Below are positions 33,201-43,561 of a stretch of DNA of 64,000 bases, piece after piece. The stretch's first letter is position 1, and every line of letters starts with the position of its first letter. The notes beneath the pieces were generated by a model, which saw only the letters and a list, made by a program, of their open reading frames with translations, was not told the DNA's origin and did not search any database. The DNA comes from Deltaproteobacteria bacterium (GTDB lineage: Bacteria > Campylobacterota_A > Desulfurellia > JAGGSF01), in contig JAGGSB010000087.1 in assembly GCA_021159305.1 (NCBI GenBank), positions 2,927 through 66,926 of the forward strand. Direction: 5' to 3'. The translations under genes were made by a program, and so were the position numbers.

Positions 33201-34148
33201 GTGGATAGGCGCATTACATTGAAAAATACATCCTATATAACTTTTTTATTAGATAAAAACGAAGAAAAACTAAAGGACATCAATAGAATATTTGGTGTTG
33301 ATGCAATTTTTAGAGGGGGAGATGTAGTTATCTCTGGAAAGGCAGATAGCGTAAAGAAAGCGTCTGTCTTTTTTCAGGATATAGATAAAATGATCAATGA
33401 AGGACATTATCTCTCAAAAAAGGATTTTGAAAATGTTTTAAAGACTGTGGATGTTTCAAAAAATATCAGAGTAGAAGCTATTTTCGCCACTGAAACGCTG
33501 CACAATAAAGCAAAGAAGCTTATACCAAAAACTGTTGCTCAACGCAATTGTATAGAGGCTATCAAGAACAATACAATAACAGTATGCGTTGGGCCAGCAG
33601 GAACGGGAAAAACCTACTTAAGCGTGGCGATGGCCTTGTTTTACCTTTTAAAGAAAAAGGTAAAAAGGATTATCCTTACCAGACCGGCCGTAGAAGCAGG
33701 AGAAAAATTGGGTTTTCTGCCTGGCGATATGTATGAAAAGGTACATCCGTATATGAGACCTTTATATGATGCATTATACGATATTTTGGACATAGATAGA
33801 GTAACTAGATTATTAAATCAAGGAAGAATTGAAATTATTCCGTTAGCATATATGAGAGGAAGAACATTAAATGATGCGTTTATTATTCTCGATGAGGCAC
33901 AGAATACATCGCCCACTCAGATGAAGATGTTTTTAACGAGACTGGGATTTAATTCAAAAGCAGTAATTACGGGTGATGTTACACAGATAGATTTGCCCAC
34001 TACAGAAGAATCGGGACTTATAGATGTAAGGGAAACATTGGCTTTTGTTGAGGACCTGAAGATTGTTTATTTCACTAAAGATGATGTAGTAAGAAATCCC
34101 ATAGTAACAAAAATTATTGAGGCCTATGAAAGAAAAGAAGCAAAATAA
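33201..34148 (+). CDS. phoH: PhoH-like ATPase (PhoH/YbeZ)
   Basis: 315 aa. Walker A GPAGTGKTYL, Walker B FIILDEAQN. Conserved phoH-yqfF-ybeY gene order. Confidence 0.9.
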   Translation: MDRRITLKNTSYITFLLDKNEEKLKDINRIFGVDAIFRGGDVVISGKADSVKKASVFFQDIDKMINEGHYLSKKDFENVLKTVDVSKNIRVEAIFATETLHNKAKKLIPKTVAQRNCIEAIKNNTITVCVGPAGTGKTYLSVAMALFYLLKKKVKRIILTRPAVEAGEKLGFLPGDMYEKVHPYMRPLYDALYDILDIDRVTRLLNQGRIEIIPLAYMRGRTLNDAFIILDEAQNTSPTQMKMFLTRLGFNSKAVITGDVTQIDLPTTEESGLIDVRETLAFVEDLKIVYFTKDDVVRNPIVTKIIEAYERKEAK

Positions 34149-36372
34149 AGCAAAGAAAAAGATAAACAACTTTTTCAATATTATCTCAAAATATGTAACA
34201 AGCATATATGCTATGTTGGCTGTTACATTTGTGGTGACCAGCTTTCTATTCTTCCCTTCCAGAGGTCTTATCTACAATTTGCATGTAGGCGATGTTTCCC
34301 CACAAACGATTAGGGCAGAAGAAAATTTGCTTATTGAAGATAAGGTATCTACACAATTGCATATAAATGAAGCAAAAAAAAATGTTACACCCATATTTGA
34401 TTTTAATCACTCCGTTTATTTGGAAGTAGTGCACAATGTAGAAAACTCATTTTCTATGGGTAGAAATGCTTTGCCAAAGCTTACTACTAAACAAAATAGA
34501 AAAAAATTTGAAACCACATTCTTTAAAACCATAGGTATAGAAACTGATCATTCCATTTTTGAAAGATTGATTAGATTAAAATTCTCTCCTGAGATAGAGA
34601 GAGCAATAATCAATGCATGTATGCAATTGAAAGATAAACCCATAGTATCTATGAAAAAAGGGGTTGGACTTACACCTAAGGTGATTACGGTAAAAGATTT
34701 GCAAACAGGTGGACAGAAACAGATGAAAAGTTCCTCTATTACAGATGTAGAAAAGGTAAAATTTGAAATCTATGAAAATATAATATCTTCAAAACAAAGC
34801 TACGCTCACCAGTTTTTGATATGGGACATCACAAAAAAGCTTATTCGTCCAAATTTGTTCTACAACAGTGCAGAGACCAAAAAAATGAAAGATGAAGCGG
34901 TAGCTAAAGTAGACAAAGCATTTATTCAGGTAAAAAAAGGACAGGTAATTGTTAGAGAAGGAAATATTATAACAGCTGCAGATTACGCAAAGCTCACTGC
35001 AATGAACATGCTAAAGTATAAGCAAAATGTCATCTTTGATTATGCCAGAATCATTCTTCTTTTAGTTGCTTTCGGTTTCTTTTCTTATTTCATTATGCAA
35101 TATATGGGCAAAAAGTACTTAGAAAATGAGAACTATATAAAGTTGTTCTTAGCCACTTTTCTCTTAAATATTGTTGTAGTCAAGGTTTACGAGTATTTAG
35201 CCAGTAATATCTCATACAGCAATGCGCTATTGTCCAAGATTTCTATTTTATATGCCACCCCTTTTGCGTTTGGAGCAGTGCTTATAGCATTAACGATAAG
35301 TTTTGAGTTTTCTTTAATATTTGCCTTTCTGCTCTCTGCCTGTGTTTTTCTCCTTCCTGACAAAACAGTTAATATGCAAATTGCCCTCTATGTTTTCCTG
35401 GGAAGTGCAGGTGGTTCTCTTTGCATTTCAAAACGCAAAGAACGAGTAGGAATTATAAAAACAGGGATAAATATTTCGCTAATAAGCACTGCATTAATAT
35501 TAGTTTTTTCCATGCATGAAGGTTTCTTTTCCGTTCATACATTAATTTCCTGTGTCTTCGGTATTATTTCCGGCATTACGGTTATTCTGATAGTTTCTGG
35601 TATACTGCCTATATACGAATGGCTTTTCGGTATCTCTACAAACATAAGACTGATGGAATTGGGGAATTTGAACCATCCCTTATTGAGAGAATTAGCTTTA
35701 AAAGCCCCAGGCACATATCAGCACAGTATTGCTATGAGTAGTTTGGCAGAAGCGGCAGCTCAAGCGATAGACGCTGACTCCGTTTTAGCTAAGGTTGGTG
35801 CCTACTATCATGATATAGGCAAAATGTCCAAACCCCTGTACTTCGTAGAAAATCAGATGGGTGGTGTAAATAAGCATGATAAACTTTCTCCTCCAATGAG
35901 TGCATTGATACTTATAGATCATGTAAAAGAGGGGATACTTTTGGCGAATAAATACAGATTGGGCAGAAGAATAAAAGATATTATTCAACAGCATCACGGA
36001 ACAACACTTATCAAGTATTTTTATAGTAAAGCAAAAGAAAAGAAAATGGATGTAAAGGAAGAAGAATTTAGATACAAGGGACCGAAACCACAAACGAGAG
36101 AAGCAGGTATTATTATGATTGCCGATCAGGTAGAGGCAATCTCTCGCACATTAAGTGAACCCAGTATCTCACATATTAGACAATTGGTAAAAAAGACAAC
36201 CACCGATATCTTTTTGGATGGACAATTAGATGAATGTGAGTTAACACTTGCAGACCTCGATAAGATTTCCAATGCATTTGTAAAGGTATTAAGCGGCATG
36301 TTTCATTATCGCATAGATTATCCGGAGACAGCGGGTGAAAACGGAAGTACAGCAAAGCAAGGGAAGAATTAG
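34117..36372 (+). CDS. 7TM-receptor with intracellular HD hydrolase domain (PgpH/YqfF family)
   Basis: 751 aa. Extracellular N-terminal domain, 7 TM helices, C-terminal HD/HDIG motif (HSIAMSSLAE...YYHDIGK). Confidence 0.8.
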   Translation: MRPMKEKKQNKAKKKINNFFNIISKYVTSIYAMLAVTFVVTSFLFFPSRGLIYNLHVGDVSPQTIRAEENLLIEDKVSTQLHINEAKKNVTPIFDFNHSVYLEVVHNVENSFSMGRNALPKLTTKQNRKKFETTFFKTIGIETDHSIFERLIRLKFSPEIERAIINACMQLKDKPIVSMKKGVGLTPKVITVKDLQTGGQKQMKSSSITDVEKVKFEIYENIISSKQSYAHQFLIWDITKKLIRPNLFYNSAETKKMKDEAVAKVDKAFIQVKKGQVIVREGNIITAADYAKLTAMNMLKYKQNVIFDYARIILLLVAFGFFSYFIMQYMGKKYLENENYIKLFLATFLLNIVVVKVYEYLASNISYSNALLSKISILYATPFAFGAVLIALTISFEFSLIFAFLLSACVFLLPDKTVNMQIALYVFLGSAGGSLCISKRKERVGIIKTGINISLISTALILVFSMHEGFFSVHTLISCVFGIISGITVILIVSGILPIYEWLFGISTNIRLMELGNLNHPLLRELALKAPGTYQHSIAMSSLAEAAAQAIDADSVLAKVGAYYHDIGKMSKPLYFVENQMGGVNKHDKLSPPMSALILIDHVKEGILLANKYRLGRRIKDIIQQHHGTTLIKYFYSKAKEKKMDVKEEEFRYKGPKPQTREAGIIMIADQVEAISRTLSEPSISHIRQLVKKTTTDIFLDGQLDECELTLADLDKISNAFVKVLSGMFHYRIDYPETAGENGSTAKQGKN

Positions 36373-36772
36373 TAAAAAGTGGATAAAAAATATTATGGGT
36401 TTTTTGGGCGAGCAGTTTGCATTGAAAGATGTAGAGGTAAGTATTCTTATAACAGATGATGAAAAAATGAAAATATTGAACAAAAAGTATAGAGGTATAA
36501 ATGAATCTACGGATGTTCTCTCTTTTTCACTGAGAGAAGGAGAAGATAATGTATTCTACAAATTACTGGGGGATATCGTGATCTCCTGGGACAGAGCAAA
36601 AAAGGATGCAAGAGAAATAAAAATACCATTAAAGGAAGAACTGGCCACTTTACTTATCCACGGTTTTTTGCATCTTATGGAGTATAAGGATGACAACGAA
36701 GAAAATTTTTGTAAAATGAAAAAAAAACAGGAAGAACTCCTTCTTGTGTTAAAAGAGAAGAACTATGTTTAG
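36335..36772 (+). CDS. ybeY: rRNA maturation endoribonuclease YbeY
   Basis: 145 aa. TDVLSF and [11 protein letters not shown] zinc-binding motifs. Start may be the internal ATG at 36395. Confidence 0.85.
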   Translation: MKTEVQQSKGRISKKWIKNIMGFLGEQFALKDVEVSILITDDEKMKILNKKYRGINESTDVLSFSLREGEDNVFYKLLGDIVISWDRAKKDAREIKIPLKEELATLLIHGFLHLMEYKDDNEENFCKMKKKQEELLLVLKEKNYV

Positions 36773-37499
36773 AGGGATAAGAGAAGACATTCGCACTGTA
36801 TTTGAAAGAGACCCTGCGGCAAGAAATAGTTTTGAGATTTTTTTCTGCTATCCAGGACTACATGCATTATGGGGACATCGGATTGCCCATTTTTTCTGGA
36901 AACATAAGCTGAGATTTATTGGAAGGTTTGTTTCTCACATAAGCCGATTTTTCACGGGCATTGAAATTCATCCGGGAGCAAAAATAGGAAGAAGGTTTTT
37001 TATTGATCACGGAATGGGGATAGTCATTGGCGAGACTACAGAAATTGGTGATGATGTAACACTCTATCAGGGAGTAACATTGGGCGGAACAAGCCTAAAA
37101 AAGGTAAAGAGACATCCCACTCTAAAAAATAATGTGGTTGTGGGCGGAGGAGCAAAGGTCTTAGGTGCAATTACCATAGGGGAAAATAGTAGGGTAGGCG
37201 CAAGCAGTGTTGTAGTAGGGAATGTACCACCAAATTCCACTGTTGTAGGTATACCAGGAAGAGTAATCAAGAAAAAGGAAATGATCGAAGGCGTAGATTT
37301 AGAACACGCGAAAATTCCAGACATTGAAGGAAAGTTAATGCGCTACCTCCTGCATAGAGTGGAAAGAATAGAAAGAGAATTAAAGGCACTATCAAAAGGA
37401 GATAAAGAATCAATGGAAAAAGAAAGGCTGAAAGAAGCAGAAGAATTAAAAAAGATTGAGGAGTATATTAAAAGCTTTGATATAAAAAGTTTAAAGTAA
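36765..37499 (+). CDS. cysE: serine O-acetyltransferase with C-terminal coiled-coil extension
   Basis: 244 aa. Left-handed beta-helix hexapeptide repeats and the SAT signature ([23 protein letters not shown]). Confidence 0.85.
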   Translation: MFRGIREDIRTVFERDPAARNSFEIFFCYPGLHALWGHRIAHFFWKHKLRFIGRFVSHISRFFTGIEIHPGAKIGRRFFIDHGMGIVIGETTEIGDDVTLYQGVTLGGTSLKKVKRHPTLKNNVVVGGGAKVLGAITIGENSRVGASSVVVGNVPPNSTVVGIPGRVIKKKEMIEGVDLEHAKIPDIEGKLMRYLLHRVERIERELKALSKGDKESMEKERLKEAEELKKIEEYIKSFDIKSLK

Positions 37500-37500
37500 A

Positions 37501-38124
37501 ATGCAGATACAAATTTATATTTTAGCCATCGTTATATTGATTTTTTCTATTGTTGTGCATGAGGTTATGCACGGATATATAGCCTATAGGTTAGGAGATA
37601 ACACTGCAAAATTCATGGGCAGGTTAACACTTAATCCTATTTCGCACATAGATTTACTTGGTACAATTATTATCCCCTTGCTTCTCATTGTTTCCAGATC
37701 TCCCATTCTGTTTGGATGGGCAAAACCTGTTCCTGTAAATTTCAACAATCTACATAATCCCAAGAGAGACTCCGTATATGTAGCGCTGGCAGGTCCTGCT
37801 TCAAATTTTGTGTTAGCTATTATATTTGCCATTTTTTATCATCTATTCTCTTTTTCCCCGCTACTTAGTACGGTTTTTTGGTACGGCGTTTACATAAATT
37901 TGATTTTAGGTATATTTAATCTCGTTCCTATCCCACCGTTGGATGGAGGAAGAATAGCGGTAGGTCTTCTGCCATGGAAGTATTCCTGCATGTTAGAGAG
38001 ACTTGAACCGTTTGGTTTGTATATAGTTATTATCTTATTATTTTTGAGATTCTTTGATTTTACCGTTTTCCCGCTGGTGCAATATCTATCAAGGCTTCTT
38101 ATAGGAGGTAGTTTTTATGGATAG
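37501..38124 (+). CDS. site-2 protease family zinc metalloprotease (M50)
   Basis: 207 aa. Multi-TM, HEVMHG zinc motif and NLVPIPPLDGGRI LDG motif. Confidence 0.7.
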   Translation: MQIQIYILAIVILIFSIVVHEVMHGYIAYRLGDNTAKFMGRLTLNPISHIDLLGTIIIPLLLIVSRSPILFGWAKPVPVNFNNLHNPKRDSVYVALAGPASNFVLAIIFAIFYHLFSFSPLLSTVFWYGVYINLILGIFNLVPIPPLDGGRIAVGLLPWKYSCMLERLEPFGLYIVIILLFLRFFDFTVFPLVQYLSRLLIGGSFYG

Positions 38125-39100
38125 AGTCTTAAGTGGAATGAGACCTACGGGGAATCTGCACTTAGGCAACCTGTATGGTGCACTGAATAATTGGATAAAA
38201 CTACAAAATGAGAATTATCAAACATTCTATTTTGTGGCTGACCTTCATGCCCTAACTACAGATTTTGCTCATTCTACTCATTTAAAAGAAGAAACAATGA
38301 ATATGGTCATCGATTGGTTTTCATTTGGTCTAAACCCTGAAAAAAGTACGATATTTGTACAATCAAAAATAGAGGAACATGCAGAATTATTCACCATCTT
38401 TTCAATGATAACACCTGTCTCCTGGTTGGAAAGAAACCCCTCCTACAAAGATGTCGTATCTCAAATAGGAGAGAAAGCTGCAGGCAACTTTGGCTTTTTA
38501 GGCTACCCCGTTTTGATGACTGCAGATATTACCATGTATAAGGCAAGATATGTACCGGTGGGTTTCGATCAGCTACCACATCTGGAATTGGCAAGAGAAA
38601 TTGTAAGAAGATTTAATTACTTGACAAAAAAAGATGTGTTTTTAGAGCCGCAAGCACTTCTCTCCACCGCTCCCAAGATATTGGGTATAGACGGCAGAAA
38701 AATGAGTAAATCTTATGGCAATGCCATCTATCTGAGTGATAATGAGGAAGAAACAAGGAAAAAAATAAAGGTCATGTTCACAGATCCTCAGCGTTTGAGA
38801 AAAAACGATGCAGGAAGACCTGATATGTGTGGAGTATTCTACCTACATCAGATTTTTAGCGATAAACAAAAGATAAAAGAAATAGAAGGAGGATGCAAAA
38901 ACGCTTCAATAGGATGTGTAGATTGTAAGAATATACTCATAAAAAACATCAATGAAAAATTGAGACCTTACAGAGAAAAAAGAGTAATATGGGAAAAGAG
39001 AAAAGGAGATATTCTTTCTATATTCGAGGAAGGAGCAAGAAAGGCACGCCAAGAATCGGAAAAAACAATGGAGGAGGTAAGAGAAGCGGTTTTCGGATGA
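38117..39100 (+). CDS. trpS: tryptophan--tRNA ligase
   Basis: 327 aa. Class I HIGH-like TGNLHLGN and KMSKS motifs. Confidence 0.9.
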   Translation: MDRVLSGMRPTGNLHLGNLYGALNNWIKLQNENYQTFYFVADLHALTTDFAHSTHLKEETMNMVIDWFSFGLNPEKSTIFVQSKIEEHAELFTIFSMITPVSWLERNPSYKDVVSQIGEKAAGNFGFLGYPVLMTADITMYKARYVPVGFDQLPHLELAREIVRRFNYLTKKDVFLEPQALLSTAPKILGIDGRKMSKSYGNAIYLSDNEEETRKKIKVMFTDPQRLRKNDAGRPDMCGVFYLHQIFSDKQKIKEIEGGCKNASIGCVDCKNILIKNINEKLRPYREKRVIWEKRKGDILSIFEEGARKARQESEKTMEEVREAVFG

Positions 39101-39103
39101 TTT

Positions 39104-40441
39104 CTACTTTAAAAAATTACGGTCAATATAGTTTGTATCGTAATCTTTGTTCTTAAATTGGTTATTGCTTATTAGTTTTTTGAAGAATTGAATGTTTGTC
39201 TTTATTCCCTCTACAATAAATTCATCCAGTGCCCTTTTCATACGCTCAATTGTTTCATTTCTCGTGTTACCTCTGACAATAAGTTTGGCAATAAGCGAAT
39301 CATAATACGGGGTTACGGTACACCCACTGTAGATGGCTGTATCCACGCGTACACCAGGTCCACCAGGGATAAATAACTTTTCTATTTTCCCGGGAGAAGG
39401 AACAAATCTCTCGTCCTCAGCGTTTATTCTGCATTCCATACTATGAAATTTAAGACTCACATCTTCTTGACTTATATTTAATTTTTCACCAGCAGCAAGT
39501 TTAATTTGCTCTTTCATAATATCTATCCCCGTACATGTTTCTGTAACAGGATGCTCCACCTGAATACGGGTGTTCACTTCTATGAAGTAAAAGTTCCCCT
39601 GCTCGTCCAGCAAAAACTCTATTGTACCCACATTCTCATAGTTAAGAATTTTAGCTATCTTAACAGCTGTATTTAAGATTTCTTTTCTCTTTTCTTCTGA
39701 AAGAAATGGCGATGGGGATTCTTCTAAGAGTTTCTGATGTCTTCTTTGTAATGTGCAATCTCTCTCAAATAAATGTATTGCATTGCCGAATTTGTCAGCA
39801 AGGATTTGCACCTCTACATGTTTTGGATGTTCGATAAACTTTTCCATGTATATATCAGCCTTGCCAAAAGACACTCTCGCTTCTTCATGCGCTGCGAGAA
39901 AGGCATTTTCTATATTCTCTTCTTCTCTTATAACTCGCAGTCCTCTTCCGCCGCCGCCCCACACTGCCTTGAGCAAGACGGGATAACCTATCTTCTCGGC
40001 AATTTCTTTTGCCTCGCCTGCAGATTGCACAATACCATCACTACCTAAGATGGTAGGGATATTAGTCTTCTTCAGCTGTTTTTTCACTTCCAGCTTGTTA
40101 GACAAATGTTTCATTACGGGTATTGGAGGTCCAATAAATGTAACATCCAAATCTCTACAAACCCCAGCAAAAGAGGGATTTTCTGATAAAAATCCATATC
40201 CTGGATGAACAGCGTCTGCATTTGTCTGCAAAATAGCCTCTGCTATAGCCACAATATTTAAGTAGCTTTTATCCGAGCTTGAGGGACCAATACATATTTT
40301 CTCATCACTTATTTTTACAGGGATACTTTCTCTATCTTCATATGAGTAAACGACAACTGTTCTTATACCCAATTCCTTACAGGCTCTTATGACTCTCAGC
40401 GCTATCTCACCCCTATTAGCAACAAGGATTGTCTTAAACAT
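39104..40441 (-). CDS. accC: biotin carboxylase (acetyl-CoA carboxylase subunit)
   Basis: 445 aa. ATP-grasp motifs. Follows the biotin carboxyl carrier protein gene in accB-accC order. Confidence 0.9.
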   Translation of the reverse strand: MFKTILVANRGEIALRVIRACKELGIRTVVVYSYEDRESIPVKISDEKICIGPSSSDKSYLNIVAIAEAILQTNADAVHPGYGFLSENPSFAGVCRDLDVTFIGPPIPVMKHLSNKLEVKKQLKKTNIPTILGSDGIVQSAGEAKEIAEKIGYPVLLKAVWGGGGRGLRVIREEENIENAFLAAHEEARVSFGKADIYMEKFIEHPKHVEVQILADKFGNAIHLFERDCTLQRRHQKLLEESPSPFLSEEKRKEILNTAVKIAKILNYENVGTIEFLLDEQGNFYFIEVNTRIQVEHPVTETCTGIDIMKEQIKLAAGEKLNISQEDVSLKFHSMECRINAEDERFVPSPGKIEKLFIPGGPGVRVDTAIYSGCTVTPYYDSLIAKLIVRGNTRNETIERMKRALDEFIVEGIKTNIQFFKKLISNNQFKNKDYDTNYIDRNFLK

Positions 40442-40869
40442 TAGGCTTTCTTGACTAAAAACAGTGTTGTTCCATATTCCACGCGCTGAGCATCTTTTAC
40501 CATTACCTTCTTGATTATACAGGGAAATTCTGCCTCAATTTCATTCATTACCTTCATTGCCTCAATAATACACAGAACATCGCCTTTTTTTACATCCTGC
40601 CCCTGTTCTACATAGGGAGGCGCTCCGGGGGACGGTGAGCAATAAAATGTACCCACCATGGGTGATTTTATCTCTATTAGTTCCTCATCTTTGCTTGGTT
40701 TTTTAATCTCCTCTTCTTTTTCAATAGCAGATTTTGATTGAACTGAGGATATTACCTGAGGCTGCTCTTTTTTCAATGAGATGTAAAAATCGTCATCTCT
40801 ATACTTGAACTCTGTCATTTTACTCTTTTGCACTAAAACTATAAGCTTTTTGATTAATTTAATATCCAT
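40441..40869 (-). CDS. accB: biotin carboxyl carrier protein
   Basis: 142 aa, biotinyl-lysine motif EAMKVMNEI. Confidence 0.8.
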   Translation of the reverse strand: MDIKLIKKLIVLVQKSKMTEFKYRDDDFYISLKKEQPQVISSVQSKSAIEKEEEIKKPSKDEELIEIKSPMVGTFYCSPSPGAPPYVEQGQDVKKGDVLCIIEAMKVMNEIEAEFPCIIKKVMVKDAQRVEYGTTLFLVKKA

Positions 40870-40944
40870 AACACCTCCAATTTGTTAATAAATATCACAA
40901 GATGTAATTTCTTTCAACGATTAAAATTCATAAATTTATAAGGG

Positions 40945-42489
40945 TTATCTATACATTTGCTCTTTTTTGGGTACCCACCACTCTATAAAATTGTACATAA
41001 TGCCTGCCTTTTCTTGCTCTATTCCCTTAAACCTTTTGTGTACTACGGATATGCCACGAGGGAAATACAAAACGATATAGGGAACTTTGTCCATAATAAT
41101 CTCGTTTATTCTTTCATAAATCTCTTTTCTCTTATTTATATTGAATGTTTCCCTCCCTTTTTTTAACAATTTATCCACTTCTTTATTCTTAAAATATACA
41201 AAGTTGAACTCCTTTACCTGCGAGGAATGCCACAACGCATATTCATCAGGATCTACCCCCAATTGCCATCCCAATAGCACAGCATCAAAAGAACCAGATT
41301 CCAATAATCTTAAAAAAGCTTGCCATTCTAAAATCCTGATATTTATCTTTATTCCTACACTTTTAAGAAACTGCTGAATCATTATCGCCGCATAGTTTCT
41401 GTCTGTATTCCCCTGGTTGGTCAAAATGGTAAATTCAAATCTTTTACCATCCTTATCCAGATATCCATCTCTATTGCTGTCAGAAAAGCCCGCTTCTCTC
41501 AACAGTTTCCTCGCTTTTTCGGGATCATAGTTGTAGATTTTCTTTTTTTGAAAGGCAAATGAGCGTGGAGAATATATACAATCGTAAACATCACTATATC
41601 CTAAAAGAATAGTATTCGCTATCTTCTCTCTATCTATAGCATAGCAGATAGCCTTTCTTACACGTTCGTCAGAAAAAAGCTTGACCCGCAGGTTAAGTCC
41701 AACATAGGTGAAACCAGCACTGGGCGTGACAAATACCTGAAATTTTTCTCTCATCTTCCGTTTAAATTCATAGATATACTGCATGGGATTTAGCCCCATC
41801 ATATCTATGTGACCAGTATAGAGTTCCAAAAGCATTGTAGAGGCATCGGGAATGATTCTATAAATAACTTTATCTATGCGTGGTCTATCTCTAAAATACA
41901 AAGGATTGGCAACGAGTGTAATTTCCTGCCCCGCCTTCCATCTCAAGAGTTTATACGGACCTGTGCCTATGGGATGTCTATTGAATATATCTGTATTTAA
42001 ATCTTTCCCTTTTAAGATATGTTCAGGAATAATGCCCATCATCCAGGAAGAAAGTGCAGGAGCAAAAGGAACTTTATATTCCACAGAGATGATATATTTG
42101 CTTATTATCTTCACATCCTTTATCAAAAGGAAATCGCCACTATAGGGCGTAGCCACTGTTCCATCGGTGAGTTTTTTATAGGTAAAGAAGACATCACGAG
42201 CTGTAAATTCCACACCATCCTGCCATAGAACATTCTTTCTCAAATAAAATGTGATTTTTTTTCCTCCATCTTCTATTTTAAAACTTTTTGCTAAATCACC
42301 TACAATATTTAAATCTTTGTCATACTTTAAAAGTCCATTGAATATCAAAGAGGATATATCACTGGATGCAGAATCTGTAGATAACATAGGAATAAGTCTC
42401 TTTGGTTCACCAATAGAACCTATAATAATGGTTGAAGAAAACGAAACAGAAGGAAAAAGCAAAAATAACAGAATTAATGCTACTCTCAC
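40945..42489 (-). CDS. ABC transporter substrate-binding protein, family 5 (peptide/nickel, OppA/DppA-like); orphan, no adjacent permease/ATPase genes
   Basis: 514 aa. Signal peptide, SBP_bac_5 architecture (WQDGVEFTARDVFFTY...). Confidence 0.8.
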   Translation of the reverse strand: MRVALILLFLLFPSVSFSSTIIIGSIGEPKRLIPMLSTDSASSDISSLIFNGLLKYDKDLNIVGDLAKSFKIEDGGKKITFYLRKNVLWQDGVEFTARDVFFTYKKLTDGTVATPYSGDFLLIKDVKIISKYIISVEYKVPFAPALSSWMMGIIPEHILKGKDLNTDIFNRHPIGTGPYKLLRWKAGQEITLVANPLYFRDRPRIDKVIYRIIPDASTMLLELYTGHIDMMGLNPMQYIYEFKRKMREKFQVFVTPSAGFTYVGLNLRVKLFSDERVRKAICYAIDREKIANTILLGYSDVYDCIYSPRSFAFQKKKIYNYDPEKARKLLREAGFSDSNRDGYLDKDGKRFEFTILTNQGNTDRNYAAIMIQQFLKSVGIKINIRILEWQAFLRLLESGSFDAVLLGWQLGVDPDEYALWHSSQVKEFNFVYFKNKEVDKLLKKGRETFNINKRKEIYERINEIIMDKVPYIVLYFPRGISVVHKRFKGIEQEKAGIMYNFIEWWVPKKEQMYR

Positions 42490-42812
42490 GGTGCTTTTAT
42501 AGGCAGCTCTGGTAACGGTTTTTGTGCTTTCTGAGGCACAGCCTTTTCTGTTTTCGTTTTTTTCATTATTGTTTTTGTTTTACTTTTGTAAAAAATAAGA
42601 GAGATGCTAACGGAATTTGCCATAAACATAAATACTAAAATCCATGTAACCTTTGTTAAGAATGGCAAAGCTCCTCTTGCGCCAAACATCGTCTCTGCCG
42701 CGCCTGCACCAAAAGAAACACCCATCTCTGCTCCCCTTCCCTTCTGTAACAAGATAAGGAAGATAATTATAAATGCCAATATGACTTGAACAACAATAGA
42801 AATATAAAGCAT
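42486..42812 (-). CDS. secG: preprotein translocase subunit SecG
   Basis: 108 aa. Two TM helices and the LLQKGRGAEMG motif. Sits downstream of tpiA, a common arrangement. Confidence 0.8.
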   Translation of the reverse strand: MLYISIVVQVILAFIIIFLILLQKGRGAEMGVSFGAGAAETMFGARGALPFLTKVTWILVFMFMANSVSISLIFYKSKTKTIMKKTKTEKAVPQKAQKPLPELPIKAP

Positions 42813-43561
42813 TACAATCCCTTTACACGAATAAATTCATTTACTATTTTAACAAAACTTTCTTTATGTAAGCTTGCTCCTCCAATAAGGAAGCCATCAA
42901 TATCCTTTTCCTTTGCCAATGTTTCAGCATTTTCCACCTTTACACTACCTCCATATATAACAGGAATATCCTTTCCTGTTATGTGTTTTGTTAATTTCTT
43001 TATGAACCTGTGCGATTCCTGAGCCTGCTGGGGAGTAGCTATTTTTCCAGTGCCTATCGCCCATACTGGCTCATAAGCAATAATTAATCTTTCCATCTCT
43101 GTTTTATCAAGAGTTTTTGTAATTTGAGAAGCTAAGACATCTTCTGTTTTGCCATTTTCTCTGTCTTCCAATTTCTCTCCAATACAAAGTATTGGTAAAA
43201 TATCCCATCTCTTGCAGGCTAATAATTTATTCCTCAACATGGCATCATCTTCGTTAAAATAATTCCTCCTCTCTGAATGTCCAACCAATGTTAAAGAACA
43301 ACCTATGCTCTTTAACATAAGAGGTGAAACCTCCCCTGTATATGCACCCTCATCCTGAAAGTATATATTTTGAGCGCCGGCCTGAATTACCGAACCAAAC
43401 AAAGCATCTTGAACATCTTTTAGAAAGATAGTCGGCGGAAAGACAAAGATATCAGCCTTCCTTGATTGTTGACCTAAATTTTCTTTCAGCTCAAGCGCTA
43501 AATTCAATACCTCAGAATGGGTAAAATGCATCTTCCAATTACCAGCAACAATATATTTCAT
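42812..43561 (-). CDS. tpiA: triosephosphate isomerase
   Basis: 249 aa, AGNWKMH, GHSERR and AYEPVWAIGTG motifs. Confidence 0.95.
   Translation of the reverse strand: MKYIVAGNWKMHFTHSEVLNLALELKENLGQQSRKADIFVFPPTIFLKDVQDALFGSVIQAGAQNIYFQDEGAYTGEVSPLMLKSIGCSLTLVGHSERRNYFNEDDAMLRNKLLACKRWDILPILCIGEKLEDRENGKTEDVLASQITKTLDKTEMERLIIAYEPVWAIGTGKIATPQQAQESHRFIKKLTKHITGKDIPVIYGGSVKVENAETLAKEKDIDGFLIGGASLHKESFVKIVNEFIRVKGL

Noticed and set aside
36335-36395. ybeY start at 36335 overlapping the 7TM-HD gene by 38 nt as a possible frameshift or fusion
   Set aside because: The full-length product from 36335 matches the usual ~30-residue spacing before the first YbeY beta-strand motif. Short overlaps are common throughout this compact genome. 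No evidence of frameshift.
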